From Psammoneis japonica (taxonomy: Eukaryota), in the NCBI GenBank assembly GCA_008632985.1, contig QPGO01000030.1, positions 186,001 through 250,000 of the forward strand: a stretch of DNA of 64,000 nt. The letters are read 5' to 3'. How positions within the stretch are numbered: position 1 is the first letter of the stretch; each line of letters starts with the position of its first letter. Of the stretch, positions 51,172-62,175 are shown piece after piece. Made by a program: the position numbers and the translations under genes. The notes beneath the pieces were generated by a model. That model made no database searches and was not told where the DNA came from. It saw only the letters and a list, made by a program, of their open reading frames with translations.

Positions 51172-51972
51172 TCATTTGCGACAAGCCTCGGCAAGACTCC
51201 CTAGGGCTGTCAGAAACCGATCGGCTCCTTGACGAGCAGACTCGTCATCTCGTGCTTGTTCAAGCATTGTCTCCATGTCGTTCGTTTCTTGTTCCAATGC
51301 ACGGGTTTTCGTCCGTAGCCCCACCAAGTCATCGCGCAACTTTGAAACTTTACTAGACATTTTCCGCGCTTCCAACACGAGATCAATGTTTTCCAAAATG
51401 ACATCGGACTGTTGTTGAATCTTCTTTCGCACTGCATTCACCCATGTTGTCAGTTGCCGCCGTTCTCCTCTAGACAGCGGCTCGGTCGTCGAGGTATCTT
51501 TATCGCCGCCACCTTCACCACTTTCTTTCTCATTTATGTAAAGACGGACTTCGTCCGCAAGAATCTGAGCTGCCGCTGACAGCTCTGTCCATTGGGGCTT
51601 CGGCTTTGATAATCTTGCTTGTTTTCTTTTCTTTGGCGATGGTTTCTTTGGTGGCGTCTCCAACTCAGGATCGACCTCTCTACCTTCAACAAGCGCCGCC
51701 GGCTTTCGTTCATCCTGGATATGTTCAAATTGTGATTTCCTTTTCATTTCTTCGGGCTCAACATACCTATCATCACCTGATGATTCTCCGTTCGAACTAT
51801 CGGAAGGAATTCGCGCCACGGGCGGGTGTTCCTCTCGGTTGCTTTCACGTCGTGGTGCCGCCCGTTGCTTTGGTCGCCGCCGCCGTTCGTTCTTGCGCTT
51901 TTTCTTAGCCTGAAGCTGTCGCCGATGATGCAGCAACGACATGGAGCGCTTGGGCGGTCGATGAGGAGCCAT
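51172..51972 (-). CDS. hypothetical basic/coiled-coil nuclear protein
   Basis: ORF from MAPHRPPKR with NLS-like stretches and a C-terminal coiled coil. Confidence 0.7.
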   Translation of the reverse strand: MAPHRPPKRSMSLLHHRRQLQAKKKRKNERRRRPKQRAAPRRESNREEHPPVARIPSDSSNGESSGDDRYVEPEEMKRKSQFEHIQDERKPAALVEGREVDPELETPPKKPSPKKRKQARLSKPKPQWTELSAAAQILADEVRLYINEKESGEGGGDKDTSTTEPLSRGERRQLTTWVNAVRKKIQQQSDVILENIDLVLEARKMSSKVSKLRDDLVGLRTKTRALEQETNDMETMLEQARDDESARQGADRFLTALGSLAEACRK

Positions 51973-52291
51973 ACTGTATTTTGGTAATGGCAAGAGTTCC
52001 CTCCTTCGGCTAAGTAAAGTAAGCAGTAGACTAGGGCCCCAACTCAATCTGAAATGAGCCAATCGCAATGCAAAAATCGAAAACAAAAAGCAACAAAAAG
52101 CCAGCAAAAAGCATCAAATTGACAATTGCCATAGAAGTCGCAACGACGCGCGCCTTCTTCGCCTCACAAAATCGCCCTCGACACCATACCGGCATCAGTC
52201 CTTACTACTTTGAACTTCTACAATTGAGTTTTGTAGAGTGTATCAGTATCATTATTTTGATATTTCTACTTTACGATAACTAGATTGGTAA

Positions 52292-54694
52292 TTATTTGAA
52301 AGTGTTGAAATCCCGCACTTCATTGACAATCTCCAAAGCTTTGCTGAGCAAGTCCTTCATTTCCACGCAAGTTTGACGTCGCTGGGCAATGTCCTCGGCC
52401 TCTTGCATGAGATTTCCCATCTCGGCGTCCCTATAGAGCTCCGAAACGAGCTCGTTTTGCATTGCATCTCGAACGTGGTTGACCAAGAAATACATGATTG
52501 TCTTGGGAACCATGTCAATAAAATTCTTCCGTACAATGCCAAAATACGAATGAATGAGAGACTTGATGATTTCCATCTCGACCTGTTCTCTATCGGTGGG
52601 TGGGACGTCAGTCTGGCGCATAGTGTCCGGGACCTGAGGCAAATGAACGATGGTAGGCGGTCCGTTCTCTTTGCTCTCTTGGGCATCATGAAATCCGGAC
52701 TTGGGTTTGTTGCCGCTACGAAAGATGAAGTTCATGATCCCGCCGCCGCCACTGACGTCGTAGGGAGGGGGCTGCAAAACACTACGTCCATTCTGCGTAG
52801 GAGAATCATCGCCAAGTGCATGGTCATCATTGGCCGGGTTGTAATAGTTGCTCAAGGATGACGATGATAACGGAGTTGCCCCAACGTCGACAGTGTTGTC
52901 GTTGCCATTCTTTCGCACCGACGCGTCTTGAACCGACACCACGGAGCGACGGCGCTCCCCCTCCTTTCCAATCTTTTCCATAAGACGTGCTACAGCACGA
53001 GATCCTCCAATAAAATCAGGGTGACTGGTGTTAATATACTAGAAACCAACAAGGCAAAACATATTAGGTAAAAAGAGACAGGCGTTTTCATGCAACTATA
53101 GGAATCGCACACCGTAAGCCACACTTACCGCAAGTTCAATTTTGACAAGATTAGAAACCATCATTTGAGTTGGTCCCACGCATCGTTTCAAGAGATTGGA
53201 TACAACTTCCACCATGCGTTCCCGCAAGACAGGGAAGCGCGTGAGCTCAGTGGGCTCTGACTGGCTGGAAATCCTTTGCAATTCTTCGTAAACCAGGTCG
53301 ACGCACTGGATGCCGGGCTCTTGAAGTCGACCAATCTGGCGCTTGACTAGAATGTCGAAACTTATTTCCGGGACAAAGAGAGCAGGTCTTGTGCCGTTGG
53401 CGTTGCAAATCGTGGTGCGAATCTCCTCGTCGCTCAGGCCATCGAAGGCGCCGACAGAATTCAAAGAAGACGAAAACACCTCTGTGAAAATGTAGGATAC
53501 ACGAGCTCCTCCAAAGAGCTCATTCATGGAGTTGTGCTTAGCGCTATTACTGGTATCATGACCGCCGCGACCTTCAAGGATCGACGCAAAGTTAGTGGCA
53601 AACTTCGATAGGAGTCCCAGCAGAGTACCGCCAATGGTTGATCGTGAAGAGTTCTGTGTTGGCGAACCAAGGGCTTCTAGTTCCGAAGACACGTCCGTCA
53701 TCATGAGTGTAATGCGATTCTTCAGCTCAGGTAGGCAATCTCGAATGTGATGCATGAGGATGTTGTTGAGAGTCTTCGCTAGTGGACGTGTACCACACTT
53801 GCTGGCGAGAGCTCGATCACGACTGTAAACGGTGTGTGTGCGAAAGAATTGCTCCTCCTTGCGTAGTCCCTCACGGATACTCAAGTCGGAATCAATGTCA
53901 CGTTGACCCCGGTTCACAACAGCAATGTACCCTCGTCGAAGAGGAATTATCTTGTTGTGAAGCATATCCGAAGCGTCGGTGCCAGGATCCATCAGATCAA
54001 GCTTCGTCAAAACACCAATAGTGCGATTGCCATAGGGGTCTACCGATTGGGCGAGCTTGAGCGCATCACTGTTTGCCAGGTCCGTGTTGGCTGAAGTAAC
54101 AGCAAGAATAATGGCGTTTGGATTAGAAATGTAGTGCAACGACATTTCACGAATCTGGTCCTCAATATCGGCAGGTTGGTCGCCGACAGCAACCTTGGCC
54201 ATCCCGGGTAGATCTACCATGGTCAATGCCAGGACTCGAGGTGAGAATACCTTGAGATGGATAGGAGTAGGATGGATACCTTTATTTGTACCAGTCAATC
54301 GCTCAGTTTCTTTGACGATCTCTTGGCGAATGGCTCCAAAATCATAAAACTTACGACCGGGTAGGTGAAGGAACTCTCCCCATTCCTCGCAGTCCTCCGG
54401 TACCTTTTCTTCAACGTCCACTTCTTCCTCTTCTTCGTTCTGAAATGAGTCATCATCAGGCGCTGCCCCACTTGGAGTTAACGTGTTGTAGAGTTGCAAA
54501 ATCAGGGGGCGTCTCGTGACAATCCCGTGTCCACGAGGAAGAAAGGACCTTCCAACGATGCCTTCTAACACACTAGATTTGCCTGAACTCTGTCCTCCTA
54601 CAACGACAATCTGTGGTAAATCAAGTGTCGTATTTTGGCCAAGAGCTCCCAAAACATCCTGAAGCTTCGATGCGATTGGAATCAGTTGCTCCAT
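52292..54694 (-). CDS. dynamin-related GTPase (Drp1/Vps1-like), intron ~53040-53128
   Basis: LPQIVVVGGQSSGKSSVLE, VDLPG, TKLD, middle domain, and GED (YFGIVRKNFIDMVPKTIM). Confidence 0.95.
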
Positions 54695-55139
54695 GGTGAC
54701 AACGATAGTAGCTTTGTCAACACGTGTCTTGTCTCAGAACAAATGAGTGTGTTTCGTGCTTCTCGGCGTTTTTTTTTGTTTTTTTCTGTTTGTCGTTTAT
54801 CTGCAGGATGTGAATATATTTATTCACATTTTAATATGGGATATACCTCAATATACGTTATTATATACTGAAGATACTACAATATTTAAATCCTGTGTGC
54901 CTGTCTGGCTGCCGGCCGCGCTCGCGCGCCATTCGACATCCTGAAAAAGCACATCCGACTATGCAGGAAACGTTTTTCTCAGAGTCAAGTTCAGCCCGTT
55001 GCGTTTTGGAGTTTGCATGGCATCAATCATCAATCTAGGGCCCCTACAGTACAGTATCTGTGTCCCTGTGTTGTTGTCGCTATTACCGGTATCTGTCTCG
55101 GAGGAAGCAGCGCAGTGTACCTCATAAGCCATAGACACC

Positions 55140-56611
55140 ATGACTGTTGCAGATCGACTGAAATCGTTGGATGCCAATGGTTCAGTGGCGAATGAATTCA
55201 GAGTGCGAACAGCTCAAGGTGCTGTGTTTAGCGTCGTCACGGTTGTCGGTATGTATGATTTTTCTGTGGATAAACACAAGCCCGTACCTTCATTGATACT
55301 GACTGCGTCGCATTATGTTGTTCCCCTTAGCCATTTTCTACTTGATATACACGGAACTCAGATTCAACTTTCAGACTACCGTGTTGGAGAAAGTGCATGT
55401 GAACGCCACGACGCCGGCTGGTCTGTAAGCTGAAAGTCGCAGCATTTGCCTTTTATCTTGTCTATTGTTGTTTTTCCAACTCCATTCTCTTGTCTATTGT
55501 TATTAATCGTCCGCAAAAATACAGAGAGATGGAGTTCGACATCACTCTGCATTCTGTTCCTTGCGCTCTTTTAAGCGTAGATGCAAACGACCCCACAGGA
55601 CAGCCGCAATCTCTTCATCTCGATAAGCGACATCACGTTTGGAAGCACCGAATGGATAAAGACGGGAATTTGATTGGAGCCCGCAGTCGATTGGAGTTTG
55701 GTAGCACACTCAAGAACGAAGAGCATTTGAGAGACCTTGCCGTCAAAGCGTCTAGTAGAAGAGATGAACAAGACGATGACGTGAATCAAGAATGCGGTAG
55801 TTGTTATGGAGCGGGGGACGAGGGCGAGTGCTGCAACTCTTGCGATGACGTTAAGAGAGCTTATATGCGAAAAGGATGGACGCTCGAAGAAGAAGCCACT
55901 GTGGAACAATGTAAGAACGAAAAGACTTCAGAGGAAGAAGAGGGAGAGGGCTGTAATGTGCATGGTGTTGTTGCATTGAGTACGGGGGGAGGTAACCTCC
56001 ATCTGGCTCCTGGACGTGAGTTGGAGGACTTTGGAAAGCATCAAAAGAAGGTTCCGACTATTATGGACTTTGTGCTTCGAACGTTTGAACAGTTCAATGT
56101 TTCTCACACGGTTCACAAGATTCGATTTGGCGCAGAGTATCCTGGACACTACCATCAGTTAGACGGGGTGGGTCGTAATGTAACTGATTCATACGGAATG
56201 TATCAGTATTACTTTCAGGTAAGCAATGCACTGCGTGGGAAGTACTGTCGTGGCTGATTGAATGTATTGCTCACGAGTGCTTTCCCGTTGCGTTCTTTTT
56301 TGGTATGGTAATGTCAGGTGGTGCCCACCCTTTACAAGTTCCTCAATGGAACGACCATACAAACAAATCAATACAGTGTTACGGAGCACATGAGACACGT
56401 TAATCCAGGCTCTGGTCGCGGCTTGCCCGGCGTCTTTTTCTTTTATCAAGTTTCTGCGTTGCACGTGGAAATCGAGGAGTATCGGCGTGGATGGGTCGCC
56501 TTCTTCACCAGTGTATGTGCGATTGTGGGTGGCGTTGTGACTCTCTTCGGAATGTTGGACCAGTATGTCTATTCTTCAATGGAAAAAGGAGGCCGCCAGT
56601 TAGCCTATTGA
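55140..56611 (+). CDS. ERGIC3: ER-Golgi intermediate compartment protein 3 (Erv46-like), 4 exons
   Basis: CGSCYGA..CCNSCDDVKRAY, EGCNVHG, YQYYFQVVPT, LPGVFFFY, CAIVGGV. Confidence 0.93.
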
Positions 56612-56677
56612 ATAAAGCGCAGCAAAGTGTAATTTTTGAAGCTCAAGCCTCCATCTACCTGGATACACTACTAATCT

Positions 56678-58400
56678 AGTTTCAAAAAATGAATATCGCA
56701 ACAAAACTTTATGTTTACTGAATCGGTTCAAGACAAGTCCAATAAAAGAAATAGCCAATTGAACTCCTACTGCCTGGCTCAAACCAATGATTACTGTTGA
56801 TGTCAGGAAACTAACGCAGCTAGTTGCGCCTTCGCTCTCCCAAACCGTCCAAAAGAAATTGAGGAGTATGTTTGAACCGGGAACCAAGAGATAGATCGCA
56901 GGAAGGATGCAAAACCACAAATCGCTAGAACTGCGTTGCACTTCTGGTACATTGATTTCAAATTCGTCGACGATCAGGACTCGAATCCGATCCCGTGAAG
57001 CGTGACATCTTCGCTGTCGGCATCTGTTTGTGAATCAATCACACTCTCTTCGGTCTTAAGATGGCGACGGTAACGCGCAACTCCTTAATGTTGAATGCTT
57101 CTCCGAGGATCAAGAGATTATGAGCACAAATTGTAGTGAGAAAAAGCTTGGCCAACATTGGAGATGATCACAGGTTGGCTCCACTTCTCCTCAGGAGGAG
57201 ATGCTGTGATCTGAAAGCAATGCCCTTCAACAGGAAGCTCAACAAGACATGCTGCTGCTGCATGCCAGCCACTGCACCACACATGGAAAACAGCAAAGGA
57301 AGCCACACACCATTTGTGTGCCAGTCTGGAACTTCCTCACAAGACTGACTCGCTGGCCTGATCATGTTTCACATCTGTCTTCACCGGTGTGCACTTCCCC
57401 CCAAAGCCCGATCCAAGCCCCAAAAGCGGCAAGAGCAAAGGAGCAATTTTTGTCAAAAACAAGGAAAAACTCCAATGGCCAGTGTGCTGCCAAAATCTGT
57501 TTTGTTAAGAGAAGCCACAAAAGTGTGCCCACGGAGAAGCCAAAACAGAGAACAGAGCACCACACAACCAAAAAGCACGTGTTGTCAGGAGGGAGAATCT
57601 GGGCTGCAGCTTCAGAGCTCAGGGGAAAGCAATGGGAGTGCCAATCAGCATTTCTGCCACAACTGCAACATGTGGATTATTCATCCAAGAATGCCAAAGA
57701 ACGGGGCTCAAAAGTGGAGCCCAACACTGAGAGTGGCAAACCCCGTTTCAGCTTGAGCTCCACTGAACACTGAAGTGTGTGTGCCAGAAGGAGATCATGA
57801 TGGCTGGTGTGAGCAAAATGGTTGAGTGTGCGCCAGTGTGTGTTTCTTGGCATGGTGTGCTGCCTCAGTCCAGTTGCAGAAGGCTTGCTTTCTTTGGCCA
57901 TGTCCACATTTTTTTTCAAAATTTTGCAAGACATCAGCACATGAACACAGCTTCAAAGTCTTGGCTCACTTTGCAGCAATGGTTGAGACAGACCATTTGT
58001 CCTTGTTCACTTCAGATGATGAAACGAGGAGCCAATGATCATCAAGCTTGATGCAACGAAATTCTGCAGTGCTGTTGGGGTTGTCACTTGAAAAATGAAA
58101 ACATTCACACATCACATTTACAAGACCACCACAGTGCACACCAGTGGAGATCAAACCTTCATGTGTGAAAGGCTTTGCAAACTGCCAGGTCTTTCGACAC
58201 AGGGGATTTGAGTTCATCAGGAATGACAGCTGGCAACAGAATGTCACGCCCTTGCTCTCGTCTGGGTCCGGTTTTGAGGCTCCACGCTAGTTGATCGATG
58301 TCGACATTCTTCCGGTGTCATTGTCGACTTTCTCAACTCGGATGGCATGACCCGAGCGCGACTGATGATGACATCCTACCTGCAATCCATGGGCACGAAA
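56678..58400 (-). pseudogene. multi-pass membrane protein pseudogene, possibly ThrE/DUF1212 exporter-like; central part hypermutated
   Basis: Unmutated 3' part reads FCILPAIYLLVPGS. Hydrophobic helices continue into the TA-less block (VVWCSVLCFGFSVG, FALAAFGAWIGL, WHTNGVWLPLLFSMCG) with stops and frameshifts. Confidence 0.45.
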
Positions 58401-58665
58401 TTGGCGGGAAACACGATTGCAGGGTCTGGCCGCCAACTGATCGGAGGGAGTTTTGCAGAAGGTGACGTGGCGGGCAATTGAATTCGGCATTCTGCCGCAA
58501 TGTCACGTCCCATTTTTTTCTTTCGTTGCGAGTTTCGTTGTCCGTGTTCACTGTGCTGGCGACTGCGTTAGATCGTAACACGTGCCCTTCATTCGCACGA
58601 CTTGGCAAACTTTCTGAAGAGGAAAAGAAGGACCGTGCAGTGTAGTGCCGAAATCCTTGGTCAAG

Positions 58666-59847
58666 ATGGTATTTGGTAGTTTTCGAAGCAGTCCCTCCAA
58701 GGCAGCTCCAAAGGAAAAGCCCGGTTTCATCACTACTCCAAATGCCGTCGCTCTCGTGACTGGATCCTCGGGATTGTGCGGCGCTCGGTTGGTGGAGATG
58801 CTGGTGGAACGCGGTGCCAAGAAGGTCATTTGTTTTGATCTGGCGCCGCCCGACAGTGTCTTGAAGGAGCGCTTCGCCAAGGTCCTCAAGGAGAACAGTG
58901 GCAGTGAAATAAAGATATTCTCTGGAGCGGAAGGAGATATCACCAATGCTGAGGCACTTGACAAGGCATTTGCAGCTGGACCGCCCACGGTTGTCTATCA
59001 TATTGCAGCATTAGTAGGACCCTTTCACGAAAAATCAAAGTACATGGCGGTTAACTATGACGGGACAATGCATGTCATTGATGCGTGTCGGAAATACAAG
59101 GTGCCACGGCTTGTGTTTTCGTCGTCACCCTCCACTCGATTTACAGGCGAGGATATTGAAGGATTACGTGAAGACGAATTGGAAATCCCCAAGACCTTTA
59201 TGGCTCTCTATGCAGAAACGAAGGCTTATGCCGAGCAAGCCGTGGCCAAGGCTTGCTCTGAAGATCTCATGACAGTGTCTGTGTCTCCTCATCAAGTCTA
59301 TGGACCACACGATGGGTTGTTCATGCCAAACTTGTTGGAGACTGCAGGCACTGGCCGTTTAAGGATCTTTGGGAAGGGTGACAAACTGATATCGGTCTGC
59401 TATGTTGACAACTATTCTCATGCTCTGATGTGTGGTGCTGACGCACTCTACAAGGATTCGCCGGCTCTTGGTCAGTTTTACATTATCACTGACACTGAGC
59501 CTCAACTTTTCTGGAAGATTATCAACAAAGCTGGAATGGCCATGGGCTTTAAGGATTTATACTCCAAATTCCATTTACCCCTCTGGCTCTTGTATTCGGT
59601 CGCATACTGCGCCAACGTTGTGGGCTTCATCATTAACAAAAAGTTCAAGCTGAACCCCTTCAACGTCAGGATGCTCTCGATGCATCGCTACTTTTCTCCG
59701 GAGAATTCTGCTCGTGACCTAAAGTACGAGCCACTCTTCCAATTTGAGGAGGCCTGGTCGTCTACTGTAGAATGGTTCCGTGTCCATTGGCTACCAAAGT
59801 TTTTGAAGGAGCTCGGCCGCGAGCCATCCGTCGACAAACAGGACTAA
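58666..59847 (+). CDS. NSDHL: sterol-4-alpha-carboxylate 3-dehydrogenase / 3-beta-HSD family
   Basis: VTGSSGLCG Rossmann motif, YAETK catalytic motif, VYGPHD, CYVDN. Confidence 0.85.
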   Translation: MVFGSFRSSPSKAAPKEKPGFITTPNAVALVTGSSGLCGARLVEMLVERGAKKVICFDLAPPDSVLKERFAKVLKENSGSEIKIFSGAEGDITNAEALDKAFAAGPPTVVYHIAALVGPFHEKSKYMAVNYDGTMHVIDACRKYKVPRLVFSSSPSTRFTGEDIEGLREDELEIPKTFMALYAETKAYAEQAVAKACSEDLMTVSVSPHQVYGPHDGLFMPNLLETAGTGRLRIFGKGDKLISVCYVDNYSHALMCGADALYKDSPALGQFYIITDTEPQLFWKIINKAGMAMGFKDLYSKFHLPLWLLYSVAYCANVVGFIINKKFKLNPFNVRMLSMHRYFSPENSARDLKYEPLFQFEEAWSSTVEWFRVHWLPKFLKELGREPSVDKQD

Positions 59848-59958
59848 TTTGTCTCCATGCAAGCAAATTGTCAACTCTAGCTAGCGAAGGCACAACTACT
59901 AGGGAATATGTAGACTTGAAACTATTCTATTATGATATAGATTGAAATTATTCCTTTT

Positions 59959-61472
59959 CTAGTGCACCACGCCTCTGATTGGGCCCGATTCTTTGATAGG
60001 AGTGCCCGTGAGAGTTTCGGATACCTTGTCGAGGGCCACAGCGAGTTGCTCAATGGCGATACATGTCTGAGCCTCGTCTGCCTCTTTAGCATCACCACAA
60101 GTTTCCCCTTTCTGTTCGCTCCTCGTTTCGGTTCCTTTTTCAGCCTTCTTGAGAAGCACTCCCGTTACTTGATCAATTTCTCCCTCCAATATGCCTTCCA
60201 AAATGAGACTAACGAGCAGACTCTCCACGTCTGCCACTGGTATATCATTGAGTTCCTTGGAAATAGCATTCAACGAGATACGGGTGTAAGGACGAATAAC
60301 ACGCCGAAGCACTTGAGTGCGAATAGTACGAAGCAAGTCTTCCACGTGCTCCCGCACAAACTCGTCGTCCATGATGCGGCCTTGGTTCTGGCGCAAGATG
60401 CGCTCAAAACTCTGAATCTCATTGTTGTGAAAAGCCTGAACCAGGTTGGTCATGGCGACAATTTCTGGATCGTCCCGGTAAGGCCTTGCTTCTTGCGAAT
60501 CAAACGGATTGATGGTGGAGGCGTGCAGCATGCTAGCCATGACAAGATACTTGAGGCACCGCAGTCGACTGGAGTCACCGGCTTCGTCGTAGCTCTTGAA
60601 GGCCTGGAAAAAGGTTTTCCCTGCCGCCTCGTACTCGCGGGCGGCCATGTGGCATTTGCCACCGAGCTCTTGAATCAAAGCCAAGGTCCTTGGTGGGGAA
60701 TACCACCCTGAACAGCCATGGCTTTGGAAAACACCTCGCGAAGCTTTTTGTTGTCTTTCTGACGAGAATACAGCTGGATCTGGAGAGCATAGATTTCCAT
60801 TAGATGCGTGGATGAACCGCTTGTTGTGCTCGAGGAGGGTTGCGAATCATTTGCAGTGAGATTCTTGAGATCCCGTAAAACCATTTGAAGCTTGGCGGTT
60901 TCGTTCATTTCGTACAGTAACTGTCCGTATTTGAGATTGGTTTTGAACCAAAGACGTTCGTTTGGCGAGGTTCCGGATTTTGGGTGGAAGAGGACAATCG
61001 TAGCATCATACACCTGTCTGGCCAATAGCTGAGGATCCATGTTTGGAGGTGCCTTACGATGAGATCCCTGGTAGAGAGAAGCGACCCGCTCGAGCATACC
61101 ATTGATACCCTTTTCCACAGCGTTGGGACTGACGGCTCCTTCGGCAATGCACTGAAGCAACCGGTTGTAGTGACGCATCATTTCGTCCCCGTTGCCACTG
61201 CTCAAGTGAAGCTTGACGAGTTGTTTCATGGCCTTGAAGGACCAAGGACCATAGTTCTTATTCTCCGACGATAGCTCTTGCTGCTCTGCCACGATCACTT
61301 GCTCAAACGCTTCTGCAGCCTCTGTAATGCTTGTGTCCCGCAGCCCCTTTGCGTTGTAGTAGGCGTTCTCCAAAGCTACTTCTGTGTCGTCAATTTCCTC
61401 GTCATCCGTATACTCAAAGTTGTCCTCCATATCTTCGTCCCCGTCCGAATACTCATACTCGTAATCCGACAT
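59959..61472 (-). CDS. CSN2: COP9 signalosome subunit 2
   Basis: LENAYYNAKG, NERLWFKTNLK, EIYALQIQ, INPFDSQEA and a PCI domain. One apparent 1-nt deletion at ~60692 (IPH-PR). Confidence 0.93.
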
Positions 61473-61617
61473 GGTTGCTGCTTATATTGACGGCAACGCC
61501 ACTCAAACCACAACCTTGCAATAGGATGATCTGCGGATCGCGGTGCTCGTTGCTCATTGCTCATGCTCCCAGCTTCCAGCTCGCCCCTCGCCCGTGCTGA
61601 TCCTGCTGATCTTTCTT

Positions 61618-62035
61618 TTTCGCGCGCGAAGCGAGCAGACCTTCTCTCGTGGCGTGTGGGGGACAGACGACAACAAATCGAATATTTGGTTATGTATTGC
61701 CTACATGACTGAATAAAATTTAGATATTGTATACAATTACAATGATTTAGTTATTTATGGATGCCTATCAATTGAATATACACATGTATGGCCACCTCCA
61801 CTGCTTGTTAATAATTTAAAATAAAAGATCTAATAAAAATATTTTCTGACAAACGTTAAATTTCTTTAAACGATGAAATAGTCGTTAATAAAAATGGATG
61901 GCTTGTCAGGTAGATAATATATATTCGTAGCTGCATGGATGTATGTGTAGATTGATATAATCATTATTATTCTTCCTATGTAAACATAACGTACATCTAA
62001 ACCGTTTCATTTTTCGCGCAAAAATTGTTTGGCGC
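61618..62035. promoter_or_regulatory. divergent CSN2/TOP2 promoter: AT-rich core flanked by E2F-like sites
   Basis: TTTCGCGC at 61618 and 62012, TTTGGCGC at 62028; AT-rich 61682-62010. Confidence 0.55.
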
Positions 62036-62175
62036 CATTTTATTTCCGTCGAGGGACCTTCGACGAGCGACGAGATCGAATACTTCTCTTTTGAAGCTTC
62101 GTTGTTGAAAGACTACGACCGCATACAACACTCTTATAAGGCAGCGCCTTATCAACGGCAGCAGCAAACACCACG

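Noticed and set aside
60675..60700. Frameshift in CSN2 as a pseudogene or programmed frameshift
   Set aside because: One missing C in a short C-run restores IPHPR. Similar single indels in TSR3 and TOP2 point to assembly error; raw reads would settle it.
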